DNA of 64,000 nucleotides, taken from Lophium mytilinum (Eukaryota). The translations under genes were made by a program, and so were the position numbers. The DNA is taken from contig MU004189.1 of the NCBI GenBank assembly GCA_010093605.1, positions 751,834-815,833 on the forward strand. Direction: 5' to 3'. The notes under the pieces are model-generated. The model saw only the letters and a list, made by a program, of their open reading frames with translations. It made no database searches and was not told the origin of the DNA. Below, one piece after another: positions 35,485 through 46,998 of this stretch (within the stretch, counting starts at the first letter, position 1; each line of letters opens with the position of its first letter).

Positions 35485-37258
35485 GGGACTGGAGAGATGT
35501 CACGGCTTGAACGTATGGAGATGTTCGGGTCGAGCGGTCGAGGCGGGAAGTTGGAGGCGACGGGAGGGAGGTCTGGAGCTCGCAGTGGATGCGGGGGAGG
35601 AGGGTTTATGATAATGATAATGGGGACGATGCGGATGGGGCATGTGGAATTGGTATTGGTGGACTTTACGACTTCTCTCAATTTTCTCTGGACAGATGCT
35701 GTACATACATATTGCTCTTCACTGTATACTGTTCAAGGCCACATGCAAAGAACCTAAATCACGTGCTCCCCTCGATTGCTGGCTACAAAACCACACGCCT
35801 CTTCGCCCGAGTCCACTTTCTTCCACAGAGTTGGGTGGACTTAGGAGTTCAAACCGACACCGCAAACAACGCATGTTCGGTGCTTTGGTGTCAATCTCGC
35901 AACCGAACCTTGCTTCTACACATGTTTGGATCTTGGTGGAGAGGTGGGGCTACGTTCACCGAGTTGGCGCTGATAGTCTACATCTACTTTCGAGAGGATG
36001 AAGGACACAAGTAAGACGTGCGGGTAGTTATCCTGAAACGTCGAAATTGCACGTTATCATGAGACCTTCGCCATGAAGTCTTTCAGTTATTTTATGGTGA
36101 AGAGCATCATCGTAGCTCGATGTTCACCAAGCTATACTCCACGACCACATGGAGGATCAGGTTCGCCAGAGTCTAGACCACAACCATGTACATAGTCTTT
36201 GTCACGGCTTTGAGGACCTCGAACCCTCCTCTGTCCATACTAAGCACAAGAACCTGAGCTCACTCACATTCATATTTATAGAAGTCGAGAAAGCTAAGGT
36301 CACATGCTAGCATACCTAGTACGTGCACATCATACTTGTAACCAGTTCATTTCAAAGCCAAGCTCGAGACTTTCTCATCGGTGGCACAAGCATGTACTAT
36401 ACATCCCACTCCCTTCTTCCTCCTCCCTGTCCCTTAGCCTCCTAGCCTCTCGCCTTCCTCCTTGCCTCCGCCGCTGGTATCAATCCCAAACTCAACACTT
36501 CAAACCTCCCGAATCTCCACAAATCTCCAACCCCCTTCCCCCCCTCCCACCACCAATCTCAGCTCCCTCCCCCCAAAGGTCAACAATGCACGCTTTTTAC
36601 CCATCCATAACCAGCCCAATGATTTCCATTCCGCGCTACCAATACAGGTGATCAATCTTAGGGACACGCAAAGCTCGCGCCACCAGAGGCCGGCTTCTGC
36701 GGATGATACAAAACGGGTGCTGCGAAACCCCCAACCCCTCCTCGGGGTTTTTATGGGGGAAAAGACCAAGCAAGAGAAAGTCGAAAACGCCTCCCAGTCA
36801 TTCGTCCAATGTAGTAGATATGTCATCGAGCCAGCAAAGCTTTCGGGCCGAAAGGATGCCGGGGTTTTGGGGGAGTCGCCGCCCGGTGGTCTGTCATACC
36901 ACGTGTTGGTATCGGCGGGCTGTCGAACTTCCGATATCCCAATGGCAATCCAAGAGGGCCCGGGCTGGTCGGATCGAGAAAATGTAATGAATACATTTGG
37001 AGGCGTGAAGAGAAGGAACGAAAAGAGTTCCTCCAATGTGCAAATAAAGAGCCATCGACACCACGCTATAACGCAGAGCATGCAGAAAAACACACAAAAC
37101 AATCCCGCTCGCTATCAAATTCGTACATGAGAATTGAAAAGAAATAGTCGTTAGTGCTGAAGAGCTGTAAATTTGGCTGGACATAAAAGTCGGCCAGTCT
37201 ATAGTCGTTAATGGTGCGGGCAGGAGGAGGCGAGGAGAGAAGGCCGGCGAGAGCTGGA

Positions 37259-40200
37259 TTATGTTAAGCGTGTGTGAAAAGGTCGTCTGCGGGCGTCCCA
37301 TCGTCCCCATATTGGGGTGTTCGGGTTGTGGGTATCTTCCATGATATGTCCGTGGTCTATCTGCGTAGCAACGGCACCTGTAGCCTTCTCTTTACTTGGG
37401 TCGTACATGTATTTGCCTGTGATCGGGACCGTGTGATCCCGAGTGCTCAGTGGAAGCTGGTATTTCAGCACACCACGAACGATAAGCTCAAATGGATATT
37501 GAAGAATCTTCTCCCATCTCTCCGTGCCTCCAGCCTCGGTTTTGTTGCCAGGTTTCGAAATACGGAACTCGCCAAGAGAGTAATGGGGGTGGCGTTTTAT
37601 GAACGATCCATCGAAGTTGAGCGGTGAGTCGAAGTGGAAGATTCGTCCAAGAACCATGGGAGAGCTATCGCCCTCATCGTCATCGGGGATAGGATCAGTA
37701 CCCTCGTCGACGCCGCCGCTTGTATGGAGCTGCTGGGTCACGGTCTCCCGTTTCAGAGGACCAGGGACAGCCTTCGGAGGCAGGATATCGAGAATGTCGT
37801 CATCTTCATCGACTGGAGAAGGCTGTGGACCATGCTCGCGCCACCACTTCTCTGAAGTAACATGCTTGCTCTTCGCGAAGACGACCACGTCCATGTCCGC
37901 AACAGTGACGCCGATAATGTTCGGATTCACTGCTTCAATGAGAAGGTCCATGATGATTTCCTGTTCGCTAGCAATGACGTTCTGTACTTCTCGGACACCC
38001 ACTCCATACAGTGGTTTCGTTGTTGCGAATATGAGTCCGACAGCGCCGAATATTAAAACGAGTAGCAATATTGATAGAACGAGGCATCCGGCAAATCTGC
38101 GGAACCAGCCGCCGCTACGGTGATGTCGATCAAATGGATCGATGCCTCGAATACTCCCGGTAGCTGGTCTTCGAACTGGACGATTTCGCGGACCACGAAT
38201 CGATCCCACTAATGGCGTTCGTTCATCATCCGCAGCGCCTTCCCCGTCGATATCATATGCTGAGTATTCTCCGTTCTTCTTAGTACCATTGCCGTTGCCG
38301 TTCGTCCGTAAGTTGTAGTTTGGAAACCTTGGACTTGTGGGCCTAGAAGACTGTCGGGATGACATTATGCGGCTCTTCGCATTTTGAGGGAAGGGAGAAT
38401 CATGGTCGAAGAGTGACGTGTGGTGGCCACCTCCTCTAGGTTGACCGTGGCGTCCGATATGGTGGTGGTGAATACTGCTTCCGCCGCTAGGCCTCGACAT
38501 TCCGCTGCGCATGGTGCCTTCTGGTCGATCATTACCATCATGGTCAGGGCTTCCGTTGTTGTAAGGATTGTTCGCAAACTTCATGCTCCTCTTTCCGACC
38601 ACCTTGTTGGACTCTCGAACCACACTGCGAGGATCTGCAAGGCTTGCTATCGACGTCATACTGGGAGTTCTAGAATGGTGATTTCGGCTGCGAAGTGGTT
38701 GAGAGTCTGGGTTTGACTCATAGACGAAAGTCTCGTCCGAGTCGGAGGAGTTGGCCTCGTCAACGGCGCTAGCGACCTTGGCTTCGAAGACGTCGGCTTT
38801 GGAGGACGCTTTACGAGTACTAGCGTTAGTGTATGTATAAAAATATACGAAGGAAGGAGTGAAGGAAGATGCTCGTAATGAGGGTCTGCGAGCCACCATT
38901 TCCGGACTCGATGACGTTGAGGTCGCCCGTGACGGCGATTTCTCGTGTGCCATCGGACTGCCAGAAAATGAAGCCGCAGCATGTGAGCGTGGACGATGGT
39001 CCAAACTCACGCTAGGGTGATGATGATGATGAAAATTATGAGCGCGCGAGGACATACCAGTGCCTGAATTTATCGAGGGTGCTTTTCGTGATGCTTTCTT
39101 CTTGGTCGGCTTTGGGCGAATAGTTTCGTTGCTTGCCTTCAACCGTAGACTGCCACTTGCATCTCGTCCGGATGCGACTCTCTCTCCTTGGTTAGCACCC
39201 AGAACGGCCTGGGGTATCGAAGGAACGGTCTCTGTCTCAACAGTCATGTTCTTAGAAGGGATATCCGGGACAGAGCGTGGCGGGTTCGCCCGAAGCGAGG
39301 AGTATGAGGTCTTGGACGGAAGAGTGGCGGCCTTCTGCGTGGACGTGACACGTTGGTCCAATGTCCTGCCTCTCTTCTCGACCCTGTTAGGTCCGCTGTC
39401 GCTTCCACTCTCAGCTTTCCCCGTTCTTAAACTGAGGTCTTCGGTTACTTTGGTAGAGGCGGGTTGGGATCGGTCGTCGTCGGAGAACTTTGCACTGTGA
39501 GAGCCGTGTATGGAGCTGGTCAAAGGTTAGTACTATTCGGGCATAACGGAGAGCGCAAGCCAAGGGAGTCGGTAGGCTGCTCCGCGTTCGCGCCCTGGAT
39601 GTTTTGTTAGACGTACCTTTGCGTTTGTGGCTCAAGCCCATCGAAGGCCGGGGTGGTGGGTAGACTGCCTTCTTGAACTGTTTCTAGCATCGGCGCCGTG
39701 CCGCTGGCACCCCTTGCAGAACCCTTCATTGCCGGCTGTGCTTGCTCTTCAGCATCAAGGGTTATGCCTTCATGCTTCGCTGGTATTCGTGATGATGGCG
39801 CGGGGGACGAGCTTTGAACGACGATGGCGGGGGCTGTAGACGAGTCGGCCTTTCGGGGTTGTGTACGGAGAGAGTCGCGGCGTGATCGTGAACGTGAGTC
39901 TGTGGTGGGAGGCGGTGACTTCAGGCGTGGAGACACAGGCCAGTGGGGTGTGGTTTCCCCAGAGTTTGTGCCTGACGCCGGCTTCTGCGGCCGGGGAACC
40001 CTCGAAGGGTCCGGCACTGCGATGGGTGGGAGCTGGGGTGTGTTGGCCGTGGACAAGGCGCGCTGGATGGCTGCCGCAGAGGGAACAGTATTGCCAGAAC
40101 CAGCGAAGCTAGCACCTCGATTGGGACTCACGTCAGTACTGCTCTTCCGGGAGCGTAGTCCTGACTTTGCGATGGCGCCTGTGGTTGCGCCGGGGCGGAG

Positions 40201-40458
40201 TGGCGGTCTGGCGGGCGAGCTGTCCCTGGACGACAGCGGTGAATTTGCTGTCGAGGGCGAGGCGGACAGGTTCAGTGACCGTGATCCAGCAAGCACCTGC
40301 GAGCGCATCTGGGCGTAGGACCCGCCCTCGGGAGTGGTCGACGGTGTCTGGGAGCTGCTCGCGGACGCAGCTCCGGGTGTGTCGTCGGCCACGGTTGGGG
40401 GCTCGGCCGACTGCATCTCTCCTGTAATGCTGCGGAAGTCGGTGTCGTTGGTGGTCAT
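37259..40458 (-). CDS. VAC7: Vacuolar segregation protein Vac7 (Fab1 regulator)
   Basis: Likely start ATG 40458. Intron 39616-39516 and probable intron 39057-38809. Motifs MTVETETV and SSKADVFEAKVASAVDEANSSDSDETFVYESNP, one TM helix, then QNVIASEQE..D..VFAKS..PFELIVRGVLKY. Confidence 0.88.
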
Positions 40459-41818
40459 TGTGTCGGGTATGCGGGCGTGGGGGAGCGGCAGGAGTTTCGC
40501 ATGCTGTGAGTCGCCGTGGCAGAGTGAGGGTCGACGTCGATGTCGATGCTGGCCGACGTGGTCACTGAGAAGCGAGAAATGGCTCAATGGGCCGTCGCGG
40601 CGACAGGGCTCAGACGGGCCAAAGGGTGCTGGACAGGTGGCCTCGGGGCTGTCGCTTTTGGCGATGCACTGCTGAAGTGGCGCAGATGTCCGGAGATTTT
40701 ATGGCGGTTGGGGGAGGCGGTGGTGTAGGAGTGGTTTGGGAGTGGTCGGTTGAGGCATGACGATCAAGACGATTCTCCCGCGCCGAATTGCCAGCACACA
40801 ATATACGCCCACGGCTCCTCCTCTCTGCGCACATGCGACGAATTACACGACCCGAGCCGCTCCGTCAGCTGATTTCGTACAGTACGATACGGCCGTGGCT
40901 CCGCAGCCTTCAGCCGGCGAGCTCGCGGCCATGCACATCATCCCAAGCAGCGCCTGATGCTACTGTACTACGCCGGCCGAATCCTGCCCCAGGACCGTTG
41001 CTCCCGCTCTGCCACCCTCACCACGCCAAGCCAGCTGCATTTCTGCCCCAGTGCTGTGCCGTGCCTACGACAGTCTTGGTCGGCATACTTCGTACTATTC
41101 GATCAGACGTGGCCGGCCCAGCACTGGCAGCCTGATCACGCTGCCACCGCCACCAGCGTCGTCGACAGCGGTGCCGCATTCGATAGGGCTTGCGCGTGCC
41201 TGCATCCCACGCGGGAACGACGTTTGAATGCTCCAGCCACAAGAAGCAAGTGTGCGGGAGTCTCTGGCGCTTTCCAACGGCTTCGCTCGCGCCCAACGCC
41301 GGCAGCCGCTTGCTGCTACCTAGTTGACAAATCGCGCTGACGTAGGCTCAGTCGAGGCTTCAAAGACTCTTCTCCAGCCTTCTTTGACAATCCCATCGAC
41401 CTGAAAGCACGACGCTTGTGGGTGGGGCGGCGATCAAACCAGAGCGTTGGGTAAAGCTTGCCGTTGGGGGTTACCTCACCATCGTGTGCCTGTATCAGCC
41501 TGGTGCGGTGGGACGCTTGGCACGGCGCCAGATTTATCTACACACCGTAGTGTTTTAAGTCCCAAGGACCTCAAATGGCAAGTATCTGGCCTCGTCAGGC
41601 TGCAAATAAGCCTCCTTCGCACGTTGCAGTGATTGGTGCGAATTGCTGCAGGCGTTCTCGAAAAGACAGTAGGCGGGGTTGACCAGGCTGTGTGATTTCA
41701 GCCGCTGCAACTCAAATCAGCCTTCTTGCCGTATCACAGTATCATCCTATCCGTCATCTCAATAACAAAATACTACTGTTTCATATATTGTTCACTGTCA
41801 GTTCTTCAGCTCATTATC

Positions 41819-43411
41819 ATGGCGTCGATAGCGTCGATAGCGTCCCCCGGCTCAGCTCTCCCGGAAGTATTGCATGAGGTCTACACGGCGTCAAATCCGC
41901 CCCCCATCAGGCATGTTCGTGAGCTTGGAAGAGGAGGATTTTCTATTGTCGACGCCGTGGAAGTTACTCGAGGTCGACACTCAGGGCATGTCATGGCTCG
42001 GAAAGTCGTACGCTTGCCACGTCTAGCCAGCAAACATCGCAGCATGCTACGCTCCGTTCTCGAAGAGGTGCAGATTATGCATCGTATCAAGCATGTCCAC
42101 GTCGTTACTGTCGCATTTACCTACGAGGAATTAGATGCCAAAAGCAGGGCAATAGCTTTCGGTATCCTGATGCCGACAGTAGCGGAACAAAGCCTGGCTG
42201 AGTTTTTAGAAGAACAGGAATCCGATCTTCAAGACTACCGGGACCGTGAACTGGAGTCAGAGGCCGCTCAACTCCTCGGACAAACCCGCAAGAGAATGAG
42301 TGAATGGTATGTGTGCCTTGCGCAGGCTCTCGCATATCTCCACCAGGAGCGCATTCGGCATCGAGATATCAAACCAGCAAACATCCTGATCAAGAACAAT
42401 GCCGTGTTTCTGACCGACTTTGGCCTCTCAAAGTACTTTGAAGACCATTTGACTACGATGACCTATGGAGTTACTGAGAAAACACAGATGTACTGCGCGC
42501 CGGAGGTGGCAGCAAGCGAAAGCAGAGGTCGTCCCTCGGATGTCTGGTCATTAGGCTGCGTTTTTCTCGAGATGACCACTATATATGCCGGAGCCTCAAT
42601 TTCGGAATTTGAATCCACGCGAGGCCCTGTTGGTCAACGTGCGTACCACTTGTATCCTGCAGCCATCCTCAGTTGGATCTACGAGCTTCAAACCAACCAC
42701 CCTTGGCTAAGGGCAAACTTAATACCCTGGTGCCTGTTTATGCTCAATCCCGTTGCATCTAAGCGTATAACAGCAAAGACATTAGCCGATGTGACGCGGT
42801 ATTGGCGACTCTTATCTTTGGGTCGTTCCGGTTCTTATTGTTCCTGTATGCCATCTGGCACCGTTGACTGGAACTTAGTGAGCGCCCAAGCAGCCTTCTT
42901 GTGGCGTAATTGCTCCTCTTTTTCAATCACAGAATCTGTTTCTTGGGATGATATGGAGAGCTTTGAGTCACTTCAAAAGCTGGCTGCTTTTCATGATCAA
43001 CAGAACCTAGAACCGGCAAACTATTTTCTAGAGCCGCCTCAGGCTCGCTCTGTCGACGATGAAGACGTTGAAGATGCTTCTCCTGCTCTACCGCCCTCTT
43101 CGTTGTCTCCGTCCCAAGATGACGCCTCCCTTCCCCGACCGGGGCAAGACCGATGGGCTCAGATTAAAGAGAATGCTAAGAACGGTGCTGAAGACCTTTG
43201 GGTAGAACATGAAGCCCGGGCACAAATCGACGCTGCAGACAACTATGAGTCTAACGGAGTGGAGACGATCGAGAGCCGTGTTGCCCGCATCAAGGCTCGT
43301 GTTGCCGAGCTTAGTGGGAATATGGGGGAGGATGAGTGGCCTCCTCTGCCCGCCGTGAAGTCCTCGAAAAACCCGATATGGAAAGCGAGATCGCCCCGAG
43401 AGGACACATAG
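41819..43411 (+). CDS. Ser/Thr protein kinase, intronless
   Basis: LGRGGFSIV, ARK, HRDIKPANIL, DFG, YCAPE and DVWSLG. Likely ATG at 41819. Confidence 0.92.
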   Translation: MASIASIASPGSALPEVLHEVYTASNPPPIRHVRELGRGGFSIVDAVEVTRGRHSGHVMARKVVRLPRLASKHRSMLRSVLEEVQIMHRIKHVHVVTVAFTYEELDAKSRAIAFGILMPTVAEQSLAEFLEEQESDLQDYRDRELESEAAQLLGQTRKRMSEWYVCLAQALAYLHQERIRHRDIKPANILIKNNAVFLTDFGLSKYFEDHLTTMTYGVTEKTQMYCAPEVAASESRGRPSDVWSLGCVFLEMTTIYAGASISEFESTRGPVGQRAYHLYPAAILSWIYELQTNHPWLRANLIPWCLFMLNPVASKRITAKTLADVTRYWRLLSLGRSGSYCSCMPSGTVDWNLVSAQAAFLWRNCSSFSITESVSWDDMESFESLQKLAAFHDQQNLEPANYFLEPPQARSVDDEDVEDASPALPPSSLSPSQDDASLPRPGQDRWAQIKENAKNGAEDLWVEHEARAQIDAADNYESNGVETIESRVARIKARVAELSGNMGEDEWPPLPAVKSSKNPIWKARSPREDT

Positions 43412-43961
43412 TAGTCAAGTACAACAAGCGCGGGTTTCAGCGGCTGAATCTTTGCTAGTCCTATCAAACTTTGGGATCAGGCCTGGCTGGGGGCAGGCCA
43501 AACGCCAGGATGCAATTCCGAGGCCAACTATGTCGACTTTTATTTTGAAGTCGAAAGAAATGGAGTGTTTACCGCTAAGGAATTTAGTATTTAGATCAAG
43601 TGTTTGGGTTGATATTACTTCTGTGGGGCTTCCCTCTCCAATGACAACCAGCGAATGAGCTTTGAAGCATCCCAAACCCCTCTCTCGTTATCATATCAGA
43701 TGAGTTCCTTTCTAGCCTCTTTAAGTTCACCTATCTCTCCACTCTTCTTCCTCGCCGACATCGTCATTGACGCCTGACGTCCAGATTGAACTAGTTACTC
43801 ATGACTCATGCTCCATTGAGGGAAACTATAGCAATGTCTATTTTCCGCAGAACTGCACCATATGAATGAGGAAATCTGTCTGGCTGCTCAAAGAATAGTA
43901 AGCAAGGTATGCGCAGACTTTCCACCATACTCTCAACTTCAAAATGAAATGCCATGGCCAT

Positions 43962-44136
43962 AATCCGCCGGATCATAACTCTCCTAAAAATCCTCATCAT
44001 ACCCCTCCGGCAACTCATCCTCCCCGCTCTCATACCCATACGGATCCCCAATCTGCCGGATCATAACTCTCCCAAAAATCCTCACCATACCCTCCGGCAA
44101 CTCATCCTCCCCGCTCTCATACCCATACGGATTCCG
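43962..44136. repeat. Tandem duplication of ~88 bp at the 3' end of the F-box gene
   Basis: Copies start at 43962 and 44050. They differ by four C/T substitutions and a 1-bp indel. Confidence 0.93.
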
Positions 44137-45459
44137 ACACCCCCCCTCCCTCCTCCTCCGCCACGTCTTCCGCGCCCGCGTCCCCATCCCCGCCGGCACA
44201 ACCGGTTCCAACCCCCTCGCCACACCCCCCAGCCTCAGTATCCCATGACACCCCCTACAAACCCCCGTATCTTTCCCCCCTAGCTCCCGCTTATACCCCC
44301 GACACGCCCTGCAAAACACATGCGTCACCCCGCCTACAATGATCTCAGACCCCGGCGCGTACCGCGACGCGTGCGTGGCAGGGCTGGTGTGGATGCCGCA
44401 GGCGACGCAGAAGCGCTTGTGGGGCTCTTTGCCGTTGAGGCCGCGCGCGCCCCGCACCATGGTGTCGGCGAAGGAGGGGGTGGGGCGGAGTCGCAGGCAG
44501 ATGGAGCAGGTCCAGAGCGGGAGAGGGCGGGCGCGGGCCCAGGGGGTGTGTTCGAGGGCGAGGAGGGAAGAGAGGGTGGGGGTGGGGATAATGGTGTGGA
44601 GGTAGTTGCAGGTGGTGCGGAGAGCGAGGATGGTTTCGGTGGGGAGGAGCTCGGTGATGGAGAGTTGGAGCTCGGTGGGGAGGGAGAGGAGGAGGGAGAA
44701 GGGTGCGGTGGTGGTGGAACTGCCTGATTGGGCGGTTGTATTGGCGGGGGGGATAGGAGGGGTTTGCTGCGAATGAGTTAGTCCTATTGCCTGGAAATTG
44801 ACTTGGGGAACTGCGATCTGGTTTGAAGTGTGGATGTCTGGAATTGAAGTCCTGAACATGCGACCACTTACCGCTGTAAGGATGGCTTGGATTTTCTGGA
44901 AGCTCCAGCTTGTTTCCGGGGCCCCCAGTTTCATCGAATCCAAGGCTGGATACACCTGCGGTGTCGTAATAGAGGACTTGGGATGCAGAGATACTACACA
45001 TCTGGTTTGTGTAGTTGGAAGCCTAGATGATTCGCCGCCGCCAACCACATCTCCAGCTTGCAATTGCTGTTCGCCGCAGATCACATCTTCCGTCTTCGAA
45101 GTTCGCTCGGCGGAATCTCCCTTAATGCTGGGGATGCTCCAGTAATCCTCCACCCCTTCTTTCTCTACAGCTGGAAGTTTCGAAATGCTGTCCTTCCCAC
45201 CACTCCAAACTGTTTTCACTGGGATTTTCCTAGAACTAGGCCTAGCAAAGCTCCCTGACCCCTCGAAGTCTTCTACGCTCTGTCGCTCAGTCGTCTTCGC
45301 CGGTATATCCCAAATGCTCTTCTTCATCCCCTGCCTCCGCATTCCTCCACTTCTCCCGCTATACACCTTTTCAGGCGGCCCGGTGTAGACCCACGGATCA
45401 TCGTCCATCGTTTTGCGAGCCTTTGAGGAGAGCGCGCTGCTGTTCCCGGCTTCAGGCAT
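43984..45459 (-). CDS. F-box-like protein with Cys-rich region; N-terminal extent uncertain
   Basis: LLSLPTELQLSITELL..LALRTTC (F-box pattern) followed by CxxC pairs (CSIC, CVAC, CRAC, CRGC). Confidence 0.72.
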   Translation of the reverse strand: MPEAGNSSALSSKARKTMDDDPWVYTGPPEKVYSGRSGGMRRQGMKKSIWDIPAKTTERQSVEDFEGSGSFARPSSRKIPVKTVWSGGKDSISKLPAVEKEGVEDYWSIPSIKGDSAERTSKTEDVICGEQQLQAGDVVGGGESSRLPTTQTRCVVSLHPKSSITTPQVYPALDSMKLGAPETSWSFQKIQAILTAVSGRMFRTSIPDIHTSNQIAVPQVNFQAIGLTHSQQTPPIPPANTTAQSGSSTTTAPFSLLLSLPTELQLSITELLPTETILALRTTCNYLHTIIPTPTLSSLLALEHTPWARARPLPLWTCSICLRLRPTPSFADTMVRGARGLNGKEPHKRFCVACGIHTSPATHASRYAPGSEIIVGGVTHVFCRACRGYKRELGGKDTGVCRGCHGILRLGGVARGLEPVVPAGMGTRARKTWRRRREGGCRNPYGYESGEDELPEGMVRIFGRVMIRQIGDPYGYESGEDELPEGYDEDF

Positions 45460-45930
45460 GCTGTCGATATTCTATGGATAGAAAGAGTACAGGACAAGGT
45501 GCGTGGGAGATGTAGGTTTTTTATGCTCAGCTCCCCCGCTCCAGAACCAAGTCTTGTGCTCGTATTGCACAGCCTAGTTACCAGGCTGCGAGGCTGGCTT
45601 TGAGGTTGCACGGGAGGGCTGGAGGGTCCGTGTGGCGTGCATGAGGGCGGTTAGGATGTGGCTGTGCTGTCTCCGACCAGTGGTGGACCAGATGCCGTCC
45701 TGAGTCTTGTTAGGGATAAATCGTGCTCTTAAGTATATTATCTTGTTATAGGTTAGCTTTTTAAGGTATTTCTGTTCCATAAGAAGACCATCTGGAGATT
45801 TGCGCAAAGTGATCTTGACCTTCGTAGTATATGAGTACCTAAAGTGGGTTTTCCAGAGTTGGATGCATCTTTAGTAAATCTGCGGCAAAAACAAGGATAT
45901 TCTTCTTGAACATAGCGTTCTCATATACAA

Positions 45931-46998
45931 CTAGATTGGCGGCCGCTTGGCTGTTCTCTGCTCCGCGTGAATCATTCTGACATAGTGCTCCACATCCAAG
46001 CTTGATAGCTCTGAGTACGATTGGCCGCTATTAAGAGAGTGCTTCAGTCGCCGACCAAGATCGACATGGTTTTTAACATCAAGGTGCCACTCATCGTGTA
46101 CAACACGGTAAATGACGTCCGTAAAGATCTCGTACAATGACTTTTCGTAGTCAATGGGAACTCTGCAGTGTTCTGGGACAAGGCCGAGCAGGCCATACAC
46201 TTTGTCATGAGGCTTCTCACACTTCCATCGCTCGAAGGTCTCGAGGATATAGCCTAATCTTTGACCAGAGCTAATCTCGGCTTTCTCGTTGACGATAGTC
46301 CAAGCCTCGTGACGTGTGCCTGTGCCCACGAAGTTGTCTCTAGCTGCACCCGGTAGTGCTCTCAGCGTCCATGGGATCTTGAAAAATTGCTCGAATTTCG
46401 ACCAAACGACAGTAGAGTTACCGCATCGCACGACTAAAGATCGGGCGAGCATTATCTCTTGGAGTATCCAGATGCGTTTCCAGTAGGCCCTTTGGAAAAG
46501 GTAGTTTAGAGATACTGGATCGTTTCTGCGGTAGTGTGACGTGTGGCTCTGACTGCGAGAAATCCAGAACATGGCTTCGTCGCTACCATCAGCCGCCGGC
46601 CCAAGCCAAGCTACAACTTGTATCGCCTCATGGTAGATCTGACCCATGAAGTTCACTTGGTGGTTTCGCTCCTGGACATTGGACTGGTCGATACAGATTT
46701 GGTCAATGAAGAAAAAGAAAGTTGGTTTCTCGTGGTGTATTGTCCTCAGAAACTGGTAAAGATTTTCCCGGACCGTGAACGGTTCGCCGTTCACTAGTAT
46801 TTGCCTAGCAGGGAGAAGGCTTCCCCATGTGTAAGACAAGGCCTTGTAGAACGGGCGACTTGCGAGTTCGGTCGAGATCTTCAGTTCGCAGCTAATGGTG
46901 TCTGACATTGATGGTACAATGCGAAGCACACGGAATTGCTGGCGCGAATGATCCAGGGGCTCATAGCGGAAGCCACTATTCGGGTTCGGAGAGCTCAT
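45931..46998 (-). CDS. HET-domain protein, intronless
   Basis: YEPLD..FRVL, YKALSYTWG, VRENL, FIDQICIDQ..ERNHQV..MGQIY, YWKRIWILQE and CEKPHDKVYGLLGL. Confidence 0.92.
   Translation of the reverse strand: MSSPNPNSGFRYEPLDHSRQQFRVLRIVPSMSDTISCELKISTELASRPFYKALSYTWGSLLPARQILVNGEPFTVRENLYQFLRTIHHEKPTFFFFIDQICIDQSNVQERNHQVNFMGQIYHEAIQVVAWLGPAADGSDEAMFWISRSQSHTSHYRRNDPVSLNYLFQRAYWKRIWILQEIMLARSLVVRCGNSTVVWSKFEQFFKIPWTLRALPGAARDNFVGTGTRHEAWTIVNEKAEISSGQRLGYILETFERWKCEKPHDKVYGLLGLVPEHCRVPIDYEKSLYEIFTDVIYRVVHDEWHLDVKNHVDLGRRLKHSLNSGQSYSELSSLDVEHYVRMIHAEQRTAKRPPI

Noticed and set aside
36462..37130. Overlapping 200-222 aa ORFs on both strands downstream of VAC7
   Set aside because: No recognisable motifs. 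The region is low-complexity, skewed and probably 3' UTR.
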